Part shown: positions 59,278 to 61,853 of the stretch, one piece after another
Layout of the letters: every line of letters begins with the position of its first letter
How positions within the stretch are numbered: position 1 is the stretch's first letter
Origin: an uncultured Gammaproteobacteria bacterium
GTDB taxonomy: Bacteria > Patescibacteriota > Microgenomatia > UBA8517
Direction: 5' to 3'
DNA: 61,853 bases
NCBI GenBank assembly: GCA_964430475.1
Contig: CAYSEQ010000005.1
Location: 1-61,853 of the forward strand
Notes under the pieces: generated by a model
Told to the model about the DNA's origin: nothing
The model's database searches: none
The model's input: only the letters and a program-made list of their open reading frames with translations
Program-made: the position numbers and the translations under genes

Positions 59278-59525
59278 ATGGCTAAAAAAAGGTACGATAG
59301 ACTTTCTATTCTGGGTATTCTGTTTCATTTCTCGCAATTCTAACATCAATGTTCAGTTTAAAATTAGGATTTATTATTTCACTGTCCTTTTTAATATTAG
59401 GATATTTTATTATTAGGTCAAGAAATGTTAAATTTAGTTTTGTTGAATATTTGGGAATATGGTTAATTATTATGACAAAATGGCAATTTAGAAGACTAGA
59501 ACTTTTTAGGATTTTTTGTTATTGA
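59278..59525 (+). pseudogene. Possible frameshifted small membrane protein
   Basis: TATAAT (59265-59270), 7 nt, ATG; MAKKRYDRLSILGI then hydrophobic VSFLAILTSMFSLKLGFIISLSFLILGYFII in the next frame. Confidence 0.3.
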
Positions 59526-61604
59526 AATACCCAAAATTCCCAGAAGGAAGATTACTAAAAGCCAATGGATTAAACTTAAACTTTTCAGACTTACAATTAT
59601 TGGAGCGATGAGTAAAGCAACAAGATTCATTACTTTTATTAAAGGATTCATGGCAGGACCTGAGGTGTCTTTTAGAGGATCTCCCACTGTATCCCCAACT
59701 ACCGAGGCTTTGTGCGCATCCGAGCCCTTCCCACCAAAAAGTCCTTCTTCAATCATCTTTTTGGCATTGTCCCAAGCTCCGCCAGAATTTGCCATAAATA
59801 CGGCAAGAAGTTGTCCAGTAAGGATAGTTCCTGCTAGATATGCGCCTAAAGCTTCCTCTTTAAGTGCTATACCGACCATAATAGGAACCAATATTGCAAC
59901 AAGCGCGGGTGTTGCCAAGGATTCTAAAGAGGCTTTTGTGGTTATGTCTACGACTTTTGCATAGTCGGGTTTTTGCTTTCCCTTCATTATTCCTGGCATT
60001 TCCCTAAATTGTCTTCTTACCTCGTTAATTATTGCGAAAGCACTTGATGAAACCGCTTTTATTGTTAAGGCTGAAAATAGAAATGGTATAGCACCTCCAA
60101 TAAGCAGTCCTACAAAAGCTTGTGGGTGTGAGACATTAATACCTGGAAGTCCGGTATCTGCAAGATAAGATTCAAAAAGCGAAACTGCTGCAACAACCGC
60201 AGAGGCGATTGCAAAACCCTTTGTTGTTGCCTTGGTGGTATTTCCGATTGAGTCAAGTTTGGGTAAAACTCTTAGTGCTTTTCCTTTCATACCTGAAAGT
60301 TCAGAAATTCCCTGGGCATTGTCTGCGATTGGTCCGTAGGAATCCATTGAAACAATAAGTCCGGTAGTGGTTAGCATTCCCATTCCAGCCAAAGAAACAC
60401 CATAGCTTGCTGTTAAAGGATCTTCAAAAAGTAGGAATGAGATCAGTATGGTTATTCCAATTGCAAGGATTGCCCATACTGTAGAAGAAAAACCAGAGAC
60501 TAAACCCTGTAGAATTACTGTTGCCGGACCAGTTTGAGACTGCTTGGCAATTTCTTTTACAGGTGAATGATCACCTGTTGCATATTCAGTTAGTAAAAAT
60601 ATTACTACCGAAAGAACAATGCCGATAGTGGTTACTAATGCGAGTCTATTGTCTAGATTTAGAAAGTTACCCAAAAGAAAAAAGCCAGCGATTGATGCAA
60701 GAGCAGAGATAACAAAGGCGTTGATGATTCCTTGTACGCCTTCTTTTATTTCCCTTTTACCTTTTCCACGAACAGCTAGAATTCCCAAGGTTGAAGTAGC
60801 CACCCCTAATGCTCTTACGCTAAGAGGAAAAAGAACTCCAGGTAACCCGAAGGTTTTTCCGCCTAAAATCATTGCTGCAACTAAAGTAACTTCATAACTT
60901 TCAAAAAGGTCAGCAGCCATCCCGGCGCAGTCACCTACATTGTCACCCACCTGATCTGCAATTACTGCTGCATTCCGCGGATCGTCTTCCGGGATTCCCT
61001 TTTCAACTTTGCCCACCAGATCCGCTCCGACATCCGCTGCCTTAGTGTATATTCCTCCCCCTACCCTCATAAAAAGAGCAAGAAGACTTCCTCCAAAACC
61101 AAAACCCACCAAAACCTCAGTTGCCAACTCTTTGTAGATCCAATAAATTATTGTTGCACCCAATAAGCCCAAACCTACCGTAAGCATCCCTGTTGTTGCT
61201 CCAGCTTTAAATGCAAGTTCAAGTGCATTACCAAAACCTCTGTTGGATGCTTGTGCGACTCTAACATTTGCTCGGGTTGCAATATTCATCCCGATTGTTC
61301 CGACCAATGCGGAGAAAAATGCGCCCATTAAAAATGCTAAAGATCTACCGATCCCTAGAAATGTTGTTCCGGCTGTGAGATAAAGAAAGATGGTAAGCAA
61401 AAAGACAATTGGAATAATTGTTTTGAATTGGCGTTTTAAATAAGCATTTGCCCCTTCCTTTATCGCGTTTCCTATTTCTTGCATTTTGGGGTTTCCGGAT
61501 TCTTGTGAAAGTACTAAATTTGCAAGCCAAAATGCTATGCCTATTCCAGCAATTGCGAAGATTAAGATGATAGTAAGAAAGTTATTTATTTGAGTCTCCA
61601 ACAT
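59496..61604 (-). CDS. hppA: Membrane-bound proton-translocating pyrophosphatase, K+-independent signature
   Basis: GGGIYTKAADVGADLVGKVEKGIPEDDPRN, DNVGDCAG, GNTTKATTKG, GDTVGDPLKDTSGP. Confidence 0.93.
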   Translation of the reverse strand: MLETQINNFLTIILIFAIAGIGIAFWLANLVLSQESGNPKMQEIGNAIKEGANAYLKRQFKTIIPIVFLLTIFLYLTAGTTFLGIGRSLAFLMGAFFSALVGTIGMNIATRANVRVAQASNRGFGNALELAFKAGATTGMLTVGLGLLGATIIYWIYKELATEVLVGFGFGGSLLALFMRVGGGIYTKAADVGADLVGKVEKGIPEDDPRNAAVIADQVGDNVGDCAGMAADLFESYEVTLVAAMILGGKTFGLPGVLFPLSVRALGVATSTLGILAVRGKGKREIKEGVQGIINAFVISALASIAGFFLLGNFLNLDNRLALVTTIGIVLSVVIFLLTEYATGDHSPVKEIAKQSQTGPATVILQGLVSGFSSTVWAILAIGITILISFLLFEDPLTASYGVSLAGMGMLTTTGLIVSMDSYGPIADNAQGISELSGMKGKALRVLPKLDSIGNTTKATTKGFAIASAVVAAVSLFESYLADTGLPGINVSHPQAFVGLLIGGAIPFLFSALTIKAVSSSAFAIINEVRRQFREMPGIMKGKQKPDYAKVVDITTKASLESLATPALVAILVPIMVGIALKEEALGAYLAGTILTGQLLAVFMANSGGAWDNAKKMIEEGLFGGKGSDAHKASVVGDTVGDPLKDTSGPAMNPLIKVMNLVALLIAPIIVSLKSLSLIHWLLVIFLLGILGISITKNPKKF

Positions 61605-61779
61605 TTTATTTTTTTAAAAGTCAATTTTTAAGAATTAATAAATATTAATAAATAAAAACGACTCTTCTTTCAAGAGTCAGGTCTTTATTATATTTTATTG
61701 AATAAATTTTTGTATTGCAAGTCTTTGTGCAGGCTATAGACCTTTTAGTTATCCATTAAACTTTTTAATCCTAAATTTT

Positions 61780-61853
61780 AAACAAACTACAAATTAAGTT
61801 AAAAGTTAAAAATTAAAAATTTTAGAATTAAGAAGCAAGAATCAAGAATTAAG
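61780..61853. repeat. Start of a third heptamer-periodic array, cut by the window end
   Basis: AAAAGTTAAAAATTAAA matches 42111-42127; AAGAAGCAAGAA and AAGAATCAAGAA match 44104-44150. Confidence 0.65.

Noticed and set aside
1225-61530. Numerous 60-170 aa antisense or alternate-frame ORFs in the track (e.g. 2686-3075, 33195-33713, 39149-39568, 56637-57065, 59608-59964)
   Set aside because: They are shadows wholly inside well-supported genes, have Ser/Ile/Phe-biased composition typical of antisense frames, and show no motifs

Overview
AT-rich bacterial chromosome segment using genetic code 11 (TGA ends intact genes such as rpsR and dnaB). Gene content and style suggest Patescibacteria (CPR), probably Microgenomates; this is inference, as no rRNA marker is present. 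The left half (1-30.5 kb) is accessory and partly decaying. It holds a HigA-like antitoxin, mgtA, pseudogenes (guanylate-kinase-like, nucleotidyltransferase, GT4, NUDIX), a circularly permuted ATP-grasp plus SxxK hydrolase pair, a giant alpha-2-macroglobulin operon, surface proteins and three IS481-family remnants. The right half is mostly housekeeping: ychF, rpsF-ssb-rpsR, ctpA, htrA, short prfA, rpmE, hisS, dnaB, tRNA-Leu(CAA), efp, dksA-like, rluA-family, yebC, a Xer recombinase, gyrA and hppA. Top observations: (1) an alpha-2-macroglobulin whose protease bait region is occupied by a 129-aa Hint auto-processing domain, with an intact CVEQ thioester and a C-terminal membrane anchor, a candidate self-triggering covalent trap or adhesin; (2) a dif-like 11-6-11 site upstream of the single xer gene, with both arms repeated at 11-bp spacing across the xer -35 box, a candidate dif plus autoregulatory operator; (3) two IS481-type ends exactly 5 nt upstream of TTGA(C/T) -35 boxes that also supply the transposase stop codon; (4) heptamer-periodic arrays with REP-like palindromes, and a tRNA 5'-half duplication flanking a hairpin-rich mini-insert. 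All homology calls come from motif recognition by eye; no searches were run.
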